Source: Cyanobacteriota bacterium (GTDB lineage: Bacteria > Cyanobacteriota > Cyanobacteriia > PCC-6307 > Cyanobiaceae). Taken from it: 64,000 nt of DNA. Shown here in pieces: positions 21,760-32,649 of this stretch. Positions within the stretch are counted from its first letter, which is position 1, and each line of letters starts with the position of its first letter. The stretch spans positions 11,114 to 75,113 of the forward strand of contig JBJOMY010000007.1 in the NCBI GenBank assembly GCA_046052125.1. The letters run 5' to 3'. Below the pieces are notes generated by a model, which searched no databases, had not been told where the DNA came from, and saw only the letters and a program-made list of their open reading frames with translations. Made by a program: the position numbers and the translations under genes.

Positions 21760-22007
21760 GTGGGCACCACCTGATCAGGGCAGAGCCGCTGCCAGCGGCC
21801 GCGATCGAGGGCAAAACTGCCGCAGCTGCGTACATCCCACTCCACGCCCACCTGATCACCAGGCAGATCGAGCACCTGCACATGAATCCTGGGCTGCTCG
21901 GGCACGAAGACGGGGGCATCGCTGAGATGGGGCACCCCATGCTGACGCTCCACCGCGTGGTAGGCCTGGCACTGGTCGACCCAGCGGCAATCCACGCAGA
22001 TGCACAT
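21756..22007 (-). CDS. ycf34: Ycf34 family protein
   Basis: MCICVDCRWVDQCQAYHAVERQH...EWDVRSC (83 aa). Confidence 0.9.
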   Translation of the reverse strand: MCICVDCRWVDQCQAYHAVERQHGVPHLSDAPVFVPEQPRIHVQVLDLPGDQVGVEWDVRSCGSFALDRGRWQRLCPDQVVPT

Positions 22008-22035
22008 GCCCGGCGCCGCAGCGGAAAGGGCCATT

Positions 22036-23298
22036 GTGACCCCTGCTCTGGCAGCGCAACTGGCCTGGCAGCGGCTGCAGCCCGAAGGCTGGCCCCTGCC
22101 CCGCCAGGCCTTTCCCGAGGGGTCCGCATTGGTGGGTGGAGCCGTGCGGGATGCGCTCCTGAATCGCCTGGGCCCAGCTCCTGATCTGGATCTGGTGGTG
22201 GAGGGTGATGCCATCGCGCTCTGCCGCCAGCTCAGCCGCCGCCATGGGGGCACGGCCGTGGTGCTGGATGGCGAACGCTCGATCGCTCGGCTGGTGATCC
22301 AAGGCTGGAGCGTGGATGTGGCCCGCCGGGAAGGCACGAGCTTGGAAGCCGATCTGCATCGGCGCGATTACACGGTCAACGCCATGGCCCTGCCGCTGGC
22401 GGAACCCTCTCAGCTGGTGGATCCCCTTCAGGGCCTTACGCATCTCGGCCAGGGCGTGCTGGTGGCTGTGGCAGAGCGCAACCTGCTGGACGACCCGCTG
22501 CGGCTGCTGCGGGGCTTGAGGCTGGCGTCCGAACTCGGCTTTGAGCTCGATTCCCAGACACTGAGCTGGGTGGAACAGCACCACCAGACCATGGCAACAG
22601 TGGCGGGAGAGCGGGTGCTGGCGGAGCTGGAGAAACTGGCGGCGGCCCCCAGCGGCGAACAGGAGCTGGCGTTGTGTCTGCACCTGGGCCTGCTCAACCC
22701 ATGGCGCCAAACCATTGCTGCCCAGGAGGAAGACACCGGCGCCACCCTGCTCAGCCGCTGCAGTGAACCTTCAGCCCTAGCGCTGGGGCTGAGCCAGGCC
22801 GAACAGGCCCAGGCGCTGCCGCTGGCTCGCCTGGCAGCCGCCCTCGATGGGCCCTCGCTGCAGCACTTGCGCAGCAGCCGCAAACTGCAGCAGCGGCTGA
22901 ACGTGCTGCGGCGCTGGCAGCAACAGCTGGGAGCCACCGTCCCCTGGACAGCGGCCGAAGCATTGCCAGAGGGCGAACGACTCCAACTGCACCGCGAGCT
23001 GGAAGCGGATCTGCCGGCGCTGCTGCTGGGCTGGCCTGAGACAGTCGCTCAGCCCTGGCTGGAGCGTTGGCGCCACAGCGACGACCCGCTCTTTCACCCG
23101 AGGCCTGCAATCGATGGCAGCAGCCTGCAGCGGGAGCTGGGGATCCCGGCCTCACCCGCCCTGGGCCAGCTGCTCCTGCATCTGATGCAGGAGCAAGCGT
23201 TTGGTCGCCTGCAAGGCCGCAGCGATGCACTGCAGATCGCCAGAAATTGGCTCAGATCAACTGAGCGCTGTAGCGAAAGGGCACCGCGGCGTGATTAA
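22036..23298 (+). CDS. tRNA nucleotidyltransferase / poly(A) polymerase family
   Basis: LVGGAVRD, DLDLVV, RRDYTVNAMA, DDPLRLLRG; GTG at 22036 preceded by GGAAAGGG. Confidence 0.88.
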   Translation: MTPALAAQLAWQRLQPEGWPLPRQAFPEGSALVGGAVRDALLNRLGPAPDLDLVVEGDAIALCRQLSRRHGGTAVVLDGERSIARLVIQGWSVDVARREGTSLEADLHRRDYTVNAMALPLAEPSQLVDPLQGLTHLGQGVLVAVAERNLLDDPLRLLRGLRLASELGFELDSQTLSWVEQHHQTMATVAGERVLAELEKLAAAPSGEQELALCLHLGLLNPWRQTIAAQEEDTGATLLSRCSEPSALALGLSQAEQAQALPLARLAAALDGPSLQHLRSSRKLQQRLNVLRRWQQQLGATVPWTAAEALPEGERLQLHRELEADLPALLLGWPETVAQPWLERWRHSDDPLFHPRPAIDGSSLQRELGIPASPALGQLLLHLMQEQAFGRLQGRSDALQIARNWLRSTERCSERAPRRD

Positions 23299-23502
23299 CT
23301 TCCTACGCAAAGGCGTTTAAGACGACCTGATTCGCGCCAGTTCGGACGCTGAGATCTCGCCAGTTCGGTTAACAGCCTTGAAACGCTCTTCCCTAGTACT
23401 GCAATCGCAGTGCTCTGTTGAAGTGCAGGCTTCGGCCAACTGCGTGATTGCCGCCCGATAGGCCAGAACACGTTTTTCCATCTCTTCCCTCTCCCTTTTC
23501 CC

Positions 23503-23931
23503 ATGAGCGTTCGTTTGTACGTTGGCAACCTGCCCCAGAGCTTTGATGCCAAAGAGCTCGACGCTCTGTTCACCAGCGTGGGTGAGGGCATCCGTTTCAA
23601 GGCGGTGCAAGACCGTGAGACCGGCGCTGGCCGCGGTTTCGGCTTCGCCAACGTGGACGACGAGAAAGTGGCTGATGCTGTGATCGAGCAGCTCAACGGC
23701 CGTGAGTTCGGCGGCAACGCGCTGCGCATCGAACGCTCCGAGCGCCGCGATGAGCGCCGCGGCAACGATCGCCGTCCCGGCGGTGCACCGGGCACCCCGG
23801 CTGTAGCCCGCAAGGCTGTCAACAAGGTGGTGCACCGCGACACCGTTGAGGAAGGCGCACCCGATCCCCGCTGGGCCGGCGAACTGGCCAAGCTCAAGGG
23901 CCTGCTCGACAACCAAAAGGCGGCGGTTTGA
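23503..23931 (+). CDS. RRM RNA-binding protein (Rbp3-like, with C-terminal extension)
   Basis: RNP2 LYVGNL, RNP1 RGFGFA, C-terminal PDPRWAGEL. Confidence 0.9.
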   Translation: MSVRLYVGNLPQSFDAKELDALFTSVGEGIRFKAVQDRETGAGRGFGFANVDDEKVADAVIEQLNGREFGGNALRIERSERRDERRGNDRRPGGAPGTPAVARKAVNKVVHRDTVEEGAPDPRWAGELAKLKGLLDNQKAAV

Positions 23932-23938
23932 AGCAGTG

Positions 23939-24874
23939 ATGCAGGAGCTGTGCTGGACCTGGCGCGGCTTCAGCATCAGCTACTGCCACATCAATGCAAT
24001 GGCCAACGGCTCTCCTTCTGGGAGGGCCGTTCTTTGTATCCATGGGTTCGGAGCCTCCAAAGGGCACTGGCGCCACAACCTGGGGCCGCTATCGCAGGAC
24101 ACATCGGTTTATGCAATTGATCTGCTGGGCTTTGGTCACAGCAGCAAACCGATCTCCTGCCTCAGCGGTGAAGCCGAGATCCCTGGAGGTGTGCGCTACT
24201 GCTTTGATCTATGGGCCGAGCAGATCCGGGATTTCTGCATCGACGTGATCGGCATCGATGCCAAGTGCGAGCTGCAGCTGATTGGTAATTCCATCGGCGG
24301 CGTGGTGGCCCTCAACGCCACCCGCCTGCTGGAAACCAGCGGCCACGCTCCCAAGCAAGTGATTTTGATCGACTGCGCCCAACGGGAACTCGATCTCAAA
24401 CGCCTGAACGAGCAGCCCTGGGCAGCTCAGATCGGCAGGCCCCTGCTGATGGCCGTGGTGCGCCAACGCTGGCTGATCCGCAGCCTCTTTCAGATCCTCG
24501 CGCGGCGCCCATTTGTGCGCAGCGTGCTCAAACAGGCCTACCCCAGCGGACAGAACGTTGATGACGAGCTGGTGGACCTGTTGGTGGGTCCCAGCCGAGA
24601 GCCTGGCGCCACCGAGAGCTTCCGGGGCTTCGTGAATCTGTTTGATGACTGGCTGGCCCCGCAACTGCTGGCCCAGATCCAGACACCTGTTCGTTTGTTG
24701 TGGGGCGAAGCGGATCCGTGGGAGCCAGCGCCAGAAGCCCGGCGCTGGGCCCAAAACTACAGCTGCATCCAGGAGCTGCAAGTACTCCCAGGGCTGGGCC
24801 ATTGCCCCCACGACGAAGGCCCTGAGCAGGTGAACCCAATCCTGCTGGCGTGGCTCCAGCTGGCTTGGAGCTGA
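23939..24874 (+). CDS. Alpha/beta-fold hydrolase
   Basis: IHGFGAS, DLLGFG, nucleophile GNSIGG, WGEADPW, GHCPHDE. Confidence 0.88.
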   Translation: MQELCWTWRGFSISYCHINAMANGSPSGRAVLCIHGFGASKGHWRHNLGPLSQDTSVYAIDLLGFGHSSKPISCLSGEAEIPGGVRYCFDLWAEQIRDFCIDVIGIDAKCELQLIGNSIGGVVALNATRLLETSGHAPKQVILIDCAQRELDLKRLNEQPWAAQIGRPLLMAVVRQRWLIRSLFQILARRPFVRSVLKQAYPSGQNVDDELVDLLVGPSREPGATESFRGFVNLFDDWLAPQLLAQIQTPVRLLWGEADPWEPAPEARRWAQNYSCIQELQVLPGLGHCPHDEGPEQVNPILLAWLQLAWS

Positions 24875-24895
24875 TCAAGCAGGTTGGCGCCTAAG

Positions 24896-25822
24896 TCAGC
24901 GGGCCTGAGCGATCACAAACGAGCGCGGCAAATCGAGAAACTTGCCGGATGTGGGCACATAGGCGCGGTTGTTGAACACGTCGTAATCGAGTTCTTCGAT
25001 TACATCCAGGATGCCCCGATACAGCCGCAGCGATGCCCACACAGGCCAGCGGGCATCGGGCGCAAGCCAGCGCACACCCGCTTCTGAGCGGGCAAACCAC
25101 TCGCGGGCGCGGGCCACTTGGAAACGCATCAATTCGCGCCAGCTGTCATTGAGCGTGCCGGCCAGCAGCTCCCCTTCGCTGTAGCCGAAACGGGCAAGAT
25201 CTTCCTGGGGGAGATAGATGCGGCCGCGGCCGCGATCTTCGCCCACATCGCGCAGGATGTTGGTGAGCTGATTGGCGATGCCAAGGGCCACGGCCGCTTC
25301 GCTGGTGTCGGGCGGATCACTCCAAGGGGCTGAGGTGTAAGCCGGATCGATCCCCATCACTTCCTGCGTCATCAGGCCAACCGTGCCGGCCACGCGGTAG
25401 CAGTAGAGCTCGAGCTGAGCGAAGTCGGCATAGCGATGGGTATGGAGATCCATGCGCATGCCCTCGATCATGTCGAGGTAGGGCTGAAGCGGCTGGGGAT
25501 AGCGCTCGAGCGTGTCAAGCATCACCCGATCAAGACCATCGCGCACCTTGCCTGCAAACAGCTCACGGGTGCGCTCTTCCCAGGCATCCAACCGCGCCGC
25601 CAACTCATCCACCGGTCTGGCCTGGGCCTCCGGGCTGTCCATCAGCTCATCGGTGCGGCGACACCACACGTAGATGGCCCAGATGGCGCGGCGCTTGGCC
25701 GGCGGCATCAGCAGGGTGCCGAGATAAAAGGTTTTGGCCCATTCCGCCGTTTCCCGGCGACAAGCCTCGTAGGCCTCCTCAAGGGAGGGCAGCGAGGTGG
25801 GCGAGGAAGGGGCTGCAACCAC
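24896..25822 (-). CDS. crtB: Phytoene synthase
   Basis: WAKTFYLGT, YVWCRRTDELMD, NQLTNILRDVGED. Confidence 0.96.
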   Translation of the reverse strand: MVAAPSSPTSLPSLEEAYEACRRETAEWAKTFYLGTLLMPPAKRRAIWAIYVWCRRTDELMDSPEAQARPVDELAARLDAWEERTRELFAGKVRDGLDRVMLDTLERYPQPLQPYLDMIEGMRMDLHTHRYADFAQLELYCYRVAGTVGLMTQEVMGIDPAYTSAPWSDPPDTSEAAVALGIANQLTNILRDVGEDRGRGRIYLPQEDLARFGYSEGELLAGTLNDSWRELMRFQVARAREWFARSEAGVRWLAPDARWPVWASLRLYRGILDVIEELDYDVFNNRAYVPTSGKFLDLPRSFVIAQAR

Positions 25823-25827
25823 AGGCT

Positions 25828-27318
<1,491 letters not shown>

Positions 27319-27376
27319 CTAAAGTCATGCAAGCCGGCCATTGGGTCTGCCGGCCTGTGCTGCCCTCCGCTCCACC

Positions 27377-27724
27377 ATGGCCGACACGCTGATCAAATCC
27401 ACCACCCGCCACGTGCGGATCTTCACGGCGCGTGTGGAGAACGGCCAGCTGGTGACCGATCCCCATCAGCTCACCCTCGATCTCGACCCCGACAACGAAT
27501 TTCTCTGGGACAACGCCAGCCAGGAGGCGGTGCAGCAGCGCTTCCGCGAACTGGTGGATGCCCATGCCGGCCAAGACCTCAACGACTACACCCTGCGGCG
27601 CATCGGCTCCGAGCTGGAGGGCAAGATCCGTGAGCTGCTGCAAGCCGGCCAGCTCCGCTACAACCCGGATTGCCGGGTGCTGAATTACTCCATGGGCCTG
27701 CCCCAGGCTCCCCAGAGCGCATGA
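27377..27724 (+). CDS. ndhM: NDH-1 subunit M
   Basis: [35 protein letters not shown]. Confidence 0.93.
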   Translation: MADTLIKSTTRHVRIFTARVENGQLVTDPHQLTLDLDPDNEFLWDNASQEAVQQRFRELVDAHAGQDLNDYTLRRIGSELEGKIRELLQAGQLRYNPDCRVLNYSMGLPQAPQSA

Positions 27725-28380
27725 CCCGATCACGCAGCGGCCGCGGCTACGACGACGATCGCTACGGCTACGCCGATGAGCGCCGGAGTCGTGATCCGCG
27801 GGGCCGCGATGCCTACGACATTCCCCGGCGTGGCGGTGGCGGGCGGCCCGGTGGGCCCGGTTCAGGTGGTGGGCCCGGCGGTGGCGGCGGCGGTTTTCAG
27901 TTCAACGTGGCGAGTATTGCGGTGCTCGCCGGCGTGATGGTGGTGGGCATTGGCATTGGCACCGGCATCTCCAGCACCACCCAGGGCGACCAAGGCAACA
28001 TCGCCAGCTCGCAGCAGCTCGATATGGCGGTGCCCGATCCCGAGTTCTGCCGGCAGTGGGGTGCCAGTGCCTTCGTGATGGACATCGAGCTCTACACGAC
28101 GATGAACCCCAGCACCAGCTTCGTGACCCAGCCCTCGCTCAAACCGGGCTGCGTGATCAGGCGGGAAAACTGGAGTGTGCTCCAGAAGGAAGGAGCGGTG
28201 ACCGCTGAGCAGATGCGCCAGTGCAAGCAGCGCATGAACACCTTTGCCTACATCGGTTCGGTGAAGGACAAGCCTGTAGTGCGCTGCGTCTACCAGACCG
28301 ACACCAGCGAGAACAAGTTCCTCACCAAGGGCATCGCTGACGACACCGTGGGCATCACCCCAGAAGCCGATCAGTTCTGA
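27721..28380 (+). CDS. DUF3172 family protein
   Basis: Gly-rich N-terminus, TM helix, [23 protein letters not shown]. Confidence 0.8.
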   Translation: MTRSRSGRGYDDDRYGYADERRSRDPRGRDAYDIPRRGGGGRPGGPGSGGGPGGGGGGFQFNVASIAVLAGVMVVGIGIGTGISSTTQGDQGNIASSQQLDMAVPDPEFCRQWGASAFVMDIELYTTMNPSTSFVTQPSLKPGCVIRRENWSVLQKEGAVTAEQMRQCKQRMNTFAYIGSVKDKPVVRCVYQTDTSENKFLTKGIADDTVGITPEADQF

Positions 28381-29372
28381 TCAGCAGCTCCAGCCTCTGA
28401 GCCAGCCGGGGGCACCTGGTTCTGGAGCAGGGGCCGGCGCAGAGGGCTATCAGGGCTGGCAAACACCGGTAGCACCTCCTTGCGGAACGCATCCGCAGCG
28501 CGCGAGCAGTAGCGGGATGGGTGGCTGATCAGCTTCAGCTGCCGCCGCACAGACAGATCAGCCAAGGCCGGACGGTGCAGGCTGCCGGCGGCCAGCTCCC
28601 GCTCGATCGACACCACCGGCAGGAACGCCGCGCCCAGGCCGCTCTGCACCGCGTTCTTGATGGCCTCAAACGAGTTGAGCTCCATCTCAATCTTCAGCCG
28701 CGATACATCCAGGCCCGATCTCGCCAACAGCTGGTCAACCATCTTGCGGGTGGTCGACTGGGCATCGAGGCAAACAAAGCCGAGGCGATAGAGATCGTCT
28801 TTGTTCAGTTCAGGCAGCCGGGCCAGGGGATGTTTGGTGGGCAGCACCAGAGCCAGCTCATCGCTGGCGTAGGGCACCACCTGCAGCAGATCGTTGAGCT
28901 CGCTGGGCAGCTCACCGCCAATGATCGCCAGGTCGATCTGACCATTGGCCACACTCCAGCCCGTGCGGCGGGTGCTGTGCACCTGCAGCTGCACGGCCAC
29001 ATCGGGATATTTCTGGCGGAACAGCCCGATCATCCGAGGCATCAAATAGGTGCCCGTGGTCTGGCTCGCCCCCACCACCAGCGAGCCGCCCTTGAGGTTG
29101 TGGAGATCGTCGAGGGCGCGGCAGGCCTCCTGGCATTGGCTCAGGATCCGATCGCAGTAGCTGAGCAGCAGATGCCCCGCTTCGGTGAGCTGGGCCTTGC
29201 GGCCGCCCCGATCGAACAGCGACACATTCAGCTGCTTCTCCAGGTTCTGGATCTGCAGGCTCACCGCCGGCTGGGTGACGTACAGGCTGTCGGCCGCTTT
29301 CTTAAAGCTGCCCTCGCTGGCAATCGCCCGCAGGATGCGCAGCTGATCGAGGGTGAAGGGCAGATCAGCCAT
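28371..29372 (-). CDS. rbcR: LysR-family regulator RbcR/Ycf30
   Basis: [14 protein letters not shown]...[23 protein letters not shown]. Confidence 0.85.
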   Translation of the reverse strand: MADLPFTLDQLRILRAIASEGSFKKAADSLYVTQPAVSLQIQNLEKQLNVSLFDRGGRKAQLTEAGHLLLSYCDRILSQCQEACRALDDLHNLKGGSLVVGASQTTGTYLMPRMIGLFRQKYPDVAVQLQVHSTRRTGWSVANGQIDLAIIGGELPSELNDLLQVVPYASDELALVLPTKHPLARLPELNKDDLYRLGFVCLDAQSTTRKMVDQLLARSGLDVSRLKIEMELNSFEAIKNAVQSGLGAAFLPVVSIERELAAGSLHRPALADLSVRRQLKLISHPSRYCSRAADAFRKEVLPVFASPDSPLRRPLLQNQVPPAGSEAGAADQN

Positions 29373-29504
29373 TGCTCTGGAGAATCCAGCGTCGCCCCAA
29401 GGCGCAGCGGCAGTCGTTGCTGAACTCTAGGGGCAGGAAGCCTGCTCCTGGTCTGGCGGCATCAATCGTCAGAATCGAAAGCCCTCTTGCCGCAGCAACC
29501 CGAG

Positions 29505-30239
29505 ATGCCCAGCTCACCGCACCACAGCAGCTGGGTGATGTTGGCGCTGTTGCTGGGCTTTGCCGTACTCCACAGCGGCGGTGCTTCCCTGCGCTATTGG
29601 GGTGTGGAGCGGATTGGCGAACGGGCCTGGCGGCTGCTGTTTGCGGCGGTGAGCATCCCCTCGGCGGTGGTGGTGATCGGCTATTTCCTCGCCCACCGCT
29701 ACGACGGCCTGCGCCTTTGGAACCTGCAGGAGCAGCCCTGGATCATCCCGGTGGTGTGGGTGGGCACCGCCATCAGCTTTCTCTTTCTCTATCCAGCCAC
29801 TTACAACCTGCTGGAGATCCCGGCCGTGCTCAAGCCGCAGGTGCGGATGTACGCCACCGGGATCATCCGCATCAGCCGCCATCCCCAGGCGATCGGCCAG
29901 ATCCTCTGGTGCTGCACCCATCTGCTCTGGATCGGCAGCAGCTTCATGGTGGCCACCTGTGCGGGCTTGATCGCCCATCACTTGTTTGCCATCTGGAATG
30001 GCGATCGGCGCCTCAGCAATCGCTTCGGCGCTGCTTTTGAGGAACTCAAGGCGAACACCTCGGTGATCCCGTTCCAAGCGGTGATCGACGGACGCCAGCA
30101 GCTCCAGCTCAGCGAATTTCTGCGGCCCGCCCAGCTGGGAATCGTGATCGCGGTGGGCGTGTTCTGGTGGGCCCACCGCTTCATTGGCACCGGAGCCGTG
30201 GCCTTCAGCCGCACGGGGCTGGCCCACTGGCTGGGGTAG
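29505..30239 (+). CDS. NnrU-family protein (zeta-carotene isomerase Z-ISO-like)
   Basis: HSGGASLR, HRYDG, GIIRISRHPQ, GDRRL; close to pds/crtB. Confidence 0.82.
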   Translation: MPSSPHHSSWVMLALLLGFAVLHSGGASLRYWGVERIGERAWRLLFAAVSIPSAVVVIGYFLAHRYDGLRLWNLQEQPWIIPVVWVGTAISFLFLYPATYNLLEIPAVLKPQVRMYATGIIRISRHPQAIGQILWCCTHLLWIGSSFMVATCAGLIAHHLFAIWNGDRRLSNRFGAAFEELKANTSVIPFQAVIDGRQQLQLSEFLRPAQLGIVIAVGVFWWAHRFIGTGAVAFSRTGLAHWLG

Positions 30240-30297
30240 CTGCGCAGGAAAGCGCCCTGAGGGCTGCCTACACTCGCCCTGACTGCTCCACCGCCGG

Positions 30298-32310
30298 ATG
30301 CCCTCGCCTGCCGAACTCGCCTGGCTGATCCCGGTCTTGCCCTTGGTGGGGGCTGCACTGGTGGGTTTGGGCCTGATCAGCTTCAACCGCACCGTGAATC
30401 GGTTGCGAAAACCGGTGGCGCTGCTGCTGATCACCAGCGTGGGAGCGGCCGCCGTTCTCAGCTACGCCGTGTTGGCGCAGCAGCTGGCGGGGGCAGGCCC
30501 CACCGAAGTGTTGTTCAACTGGGCTAGCGCCGGCGCGTTCACCCTTGAGATGGGTTTCCGGGTGGACGCCCTGGGCGCCGTGATGCTGGCCCTGGTGACC
30601 ACCATCGCCGTGCTGGTGATGGTGTACTCCGACGGCTACATGGCCCACGACAAGGGCTACGTGCGCTTTTTCACCTACCTGGCCCTGTTCAGCAGCTCGA
30701 TGCTGGGCCTGGTGATCAGTCCCAACCTCCTGCAGATCTACGTGTTTTGGGAGCTGGTGGGCATGTGCTCCTACCTGCTCGTGGGCTTCTGGTACGACCG
30801 CGATGGCGCCGCCAACGCCGCCCAGAAGGCCTTTGTGGTGAACCGAGTGGGCGACTTCGGCCTGCTGCTGGGCATGCTCGGCCTGTTCTGGGCCACCGGC
30901 AGTTTTGGCTTTGAGCAGGTGGGCACAGGCCTGCAAGCCGCGATTGCCAATGGCAGCGTGTCGAACGGCATCGCTGTACTGCTCTGTCTGCTGGTGTTCA
31001 TGGGGCCGATGGCGAAATCTGCCCAGTTCCCGCTTCACGTGTGGCTGCCCGATGCCATGGAGGGCCCCACACCGATCTCAGCCCTGATTCACGCCGCCAC
31101 GATGGTGGCGGCCGGCGTGTTCCTGGTGGCCCGGCTCCAACCCGTCTACGTGCCCTTCCCTGAAGTGCAGGTGGTGGTGGCCGTGATCGGCACGATCACG
31201 CTGTTCCTGGGGGCCTCGATCGCCCTCACCCAGATGGATCTCAAGAAGGGCCTGGCCTACAGCACCGTGAGCCAGCTCGGCTACATGATGCTGGCCATGG
31301 GCTGCGGCGCCCCGGTGGCCGGCATGTTCCACCTGGTGACCCACGCCTTCTTCAAGGCGATGCTCTTCCTGGGCTCCGGCTCGGTGATCCACGCCATGGA
31401 AGAGGTGGTGGGCCACGAACCGGTGCTCGCCCAGGACATGCGCCTGATGGGCGGCCTGCGCAAACACATGCCGATCACCAGCAGCACCTTCTTCATCGGC
31501 TGCCTGGCGATCAGCGGCATCCCGCCCCTGGCGGGCTTCTGGAGCAAGGACGAGATCCTCGGCCAAGCCTTCGGCAGCTTCCCGGTGCTGTGGGTGGCCG
31601 GCTTCATCACCGCCGGCATGACTGCCTTCTACATGTTCCGGCTCTACTTCCTCACCTTCGAGGGCAGCTTCCGGGGCAACGACAAAGCGATGCAGGCCCA
31701 GCTGATGGCCGCCGCAGGCAAAGGATCCGACGACCACGGCGATGACCATGGTCATGCCCACGCCGATCACCCCCACGAATCCGGCTGGCAGATGGCCATG
31801 CCTCTGGCGGTCCTGGCAGTGCCCTCAGCCCTGGTGGGTCTGTTGGGTGTGCCCTGGAACAGCCGCTTCGGCACCCTCCTCGATCCCCATGAAGCCGCCG
31901 AGGTGGCCGAACACTTCAGCTGGGGTGAATTCCTGCCCCTGGCCGGCGCTTCCGTTGGCATCTCCCTAGTTGGCATCACCGTGGCCGTGCTGGCCTACGC
32001 CCTGCGCAAGATCGATCTGGGCACCGCCGTCGCGGCGCGCTTCCCCACGATCAATGCCTTCCTGGCCAACAAGTGGTACCTCGATGCCATCAACGACAAG
32101 CTGTTCGTGCAGGGCAGCCGCAAGCTGGCCCGCTCGGTGCTCGAGGTCGACTCCAAGGTGGTGGACGGCGTGGTAAACCTCACCGGCCTGGTGACCCTCG
32201 GCAGCGGCGAAGGCCTCAAATACTTCGAAACCGGCCGCGCCCAGTTCTATGCCCTGATCGTGTTCGGCGGGGTGATCGCACTTGTGGTGCTGTTCGGAGC
32301 ACTCGGTTGA
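30298..32310 (+). CDS. ndhF1: NDH-1 subunit F1 (subunit 5)
   Basis: AWLIPVLPL, KSAQFPLHVWLPDAMEGPTP, HAFFKAMLFL, TGRAQFY. Confidence 0.95.
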   Translation: MPSPAELAWLIPVLPLVGAALVGLGLISFNRTVNRLRKPVALLLITSVGAAAVLSYAVLAQQLAGAGPTEVLFNWASAGAFTLEMGFRVDALGAVMLALVTTIAVLVMVYSDGYMAHDKGYVRFFTYLALFSSSMLGLVISPNLLQIYVFWELVGMCSYLLVGFWYDRDGAANAAQKAFVVNRVGDFGLLLGMLGLFWATGSFGFEQVGTGLQAAIANGSVSNGIAVLLCLLVFMGPMAKSAQFPLHVWLPDAMEGPTPISALIHAATMVAAGVFLVARLQPVYVPFPEVQVVVAVIGTITLFLGASIALTQMDLKKGLAYSTVSQLGYMMLAMGCGAPVAGMFHLVTHAFFKAMLFLGSGSVIHAMEEVVGHEPVLAQDMRLMGGLRKHMPITSSTFFIGCLAISGIPPLAGFWSKDEILGQAFGSFPVLWVAGFITAGMTAFYMFRLYFLTFEGSFRGNDKAMQAQLMAAAGKGSDDHGDDHGHAHADHPHESGWQMAMPLAVLAVPSALVGLLGVPWNSRFGTLLDPHEAAEVAEHFSWGEFLPLAGASVGISLVGITVAVLAYALRKIDLGTAVAARFPTINAFLANKWYLDAINDKLFVQGSRKLARSVLEVDSKVVDGVVNLTGLVTLGSGEGLKYFETGRAQFYALIVFGGVIALVVLFGALG

Positions 32311-32311
32311 T

Positions 32312-32641
32312 GGTCTGAGGCGTTGCCCTTTCGCCGGCTGCCGCTCGCGCTGCGCGCGGCGGATGCCGGCTGCAGGGCAACGCCTCAGACCCTCCGCAGG
32401 CGGGTGCTGGCGCGAGGATGTGAGCCTCATGGGTCACGAAGCCGCCAGCGCCCGGCGGCCTCAGCCTGGTGAGGCTCTTTGGCAACAACTCCTGGTGGCG
32501 GGTGTGTGTCCGCGGGGCGATGTCCGCCCCCAGCGGTGATCGCCCCGCGGACACACACCCCAGCCACAACGCTCTGTGTGACATCCGCCACGCCATCGAT
32601 GCAGCAGCGGAAGTGATTTCTACACTCCGCCCAGAGCCGTT
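32312..32641. other. Array of four long inverted-repeat hairpins in the ndhF1-ndhD1 intergenic region
   Basis: 18-bp perfect IR 32312-32329/32374-32391; 8-bp IR 32422-32429/32470-32477 enclosing GCCGCC/GGCGGC; 22-bp perfect IR 32500-32521/32539-32560; imperfect IR 32568-32576/32632-32641. Confidence 0.8.
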
Positions 32642-32649
32642 GCCCCTCT

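Noticed and set aside
31720-31780. His/Asp-rich loop in NdhF1 (DDHGDDHGHAHADHPHE)
   Set aside because: His-rich loops at this position are a familiar feature of cyanobacterial NdhF1.
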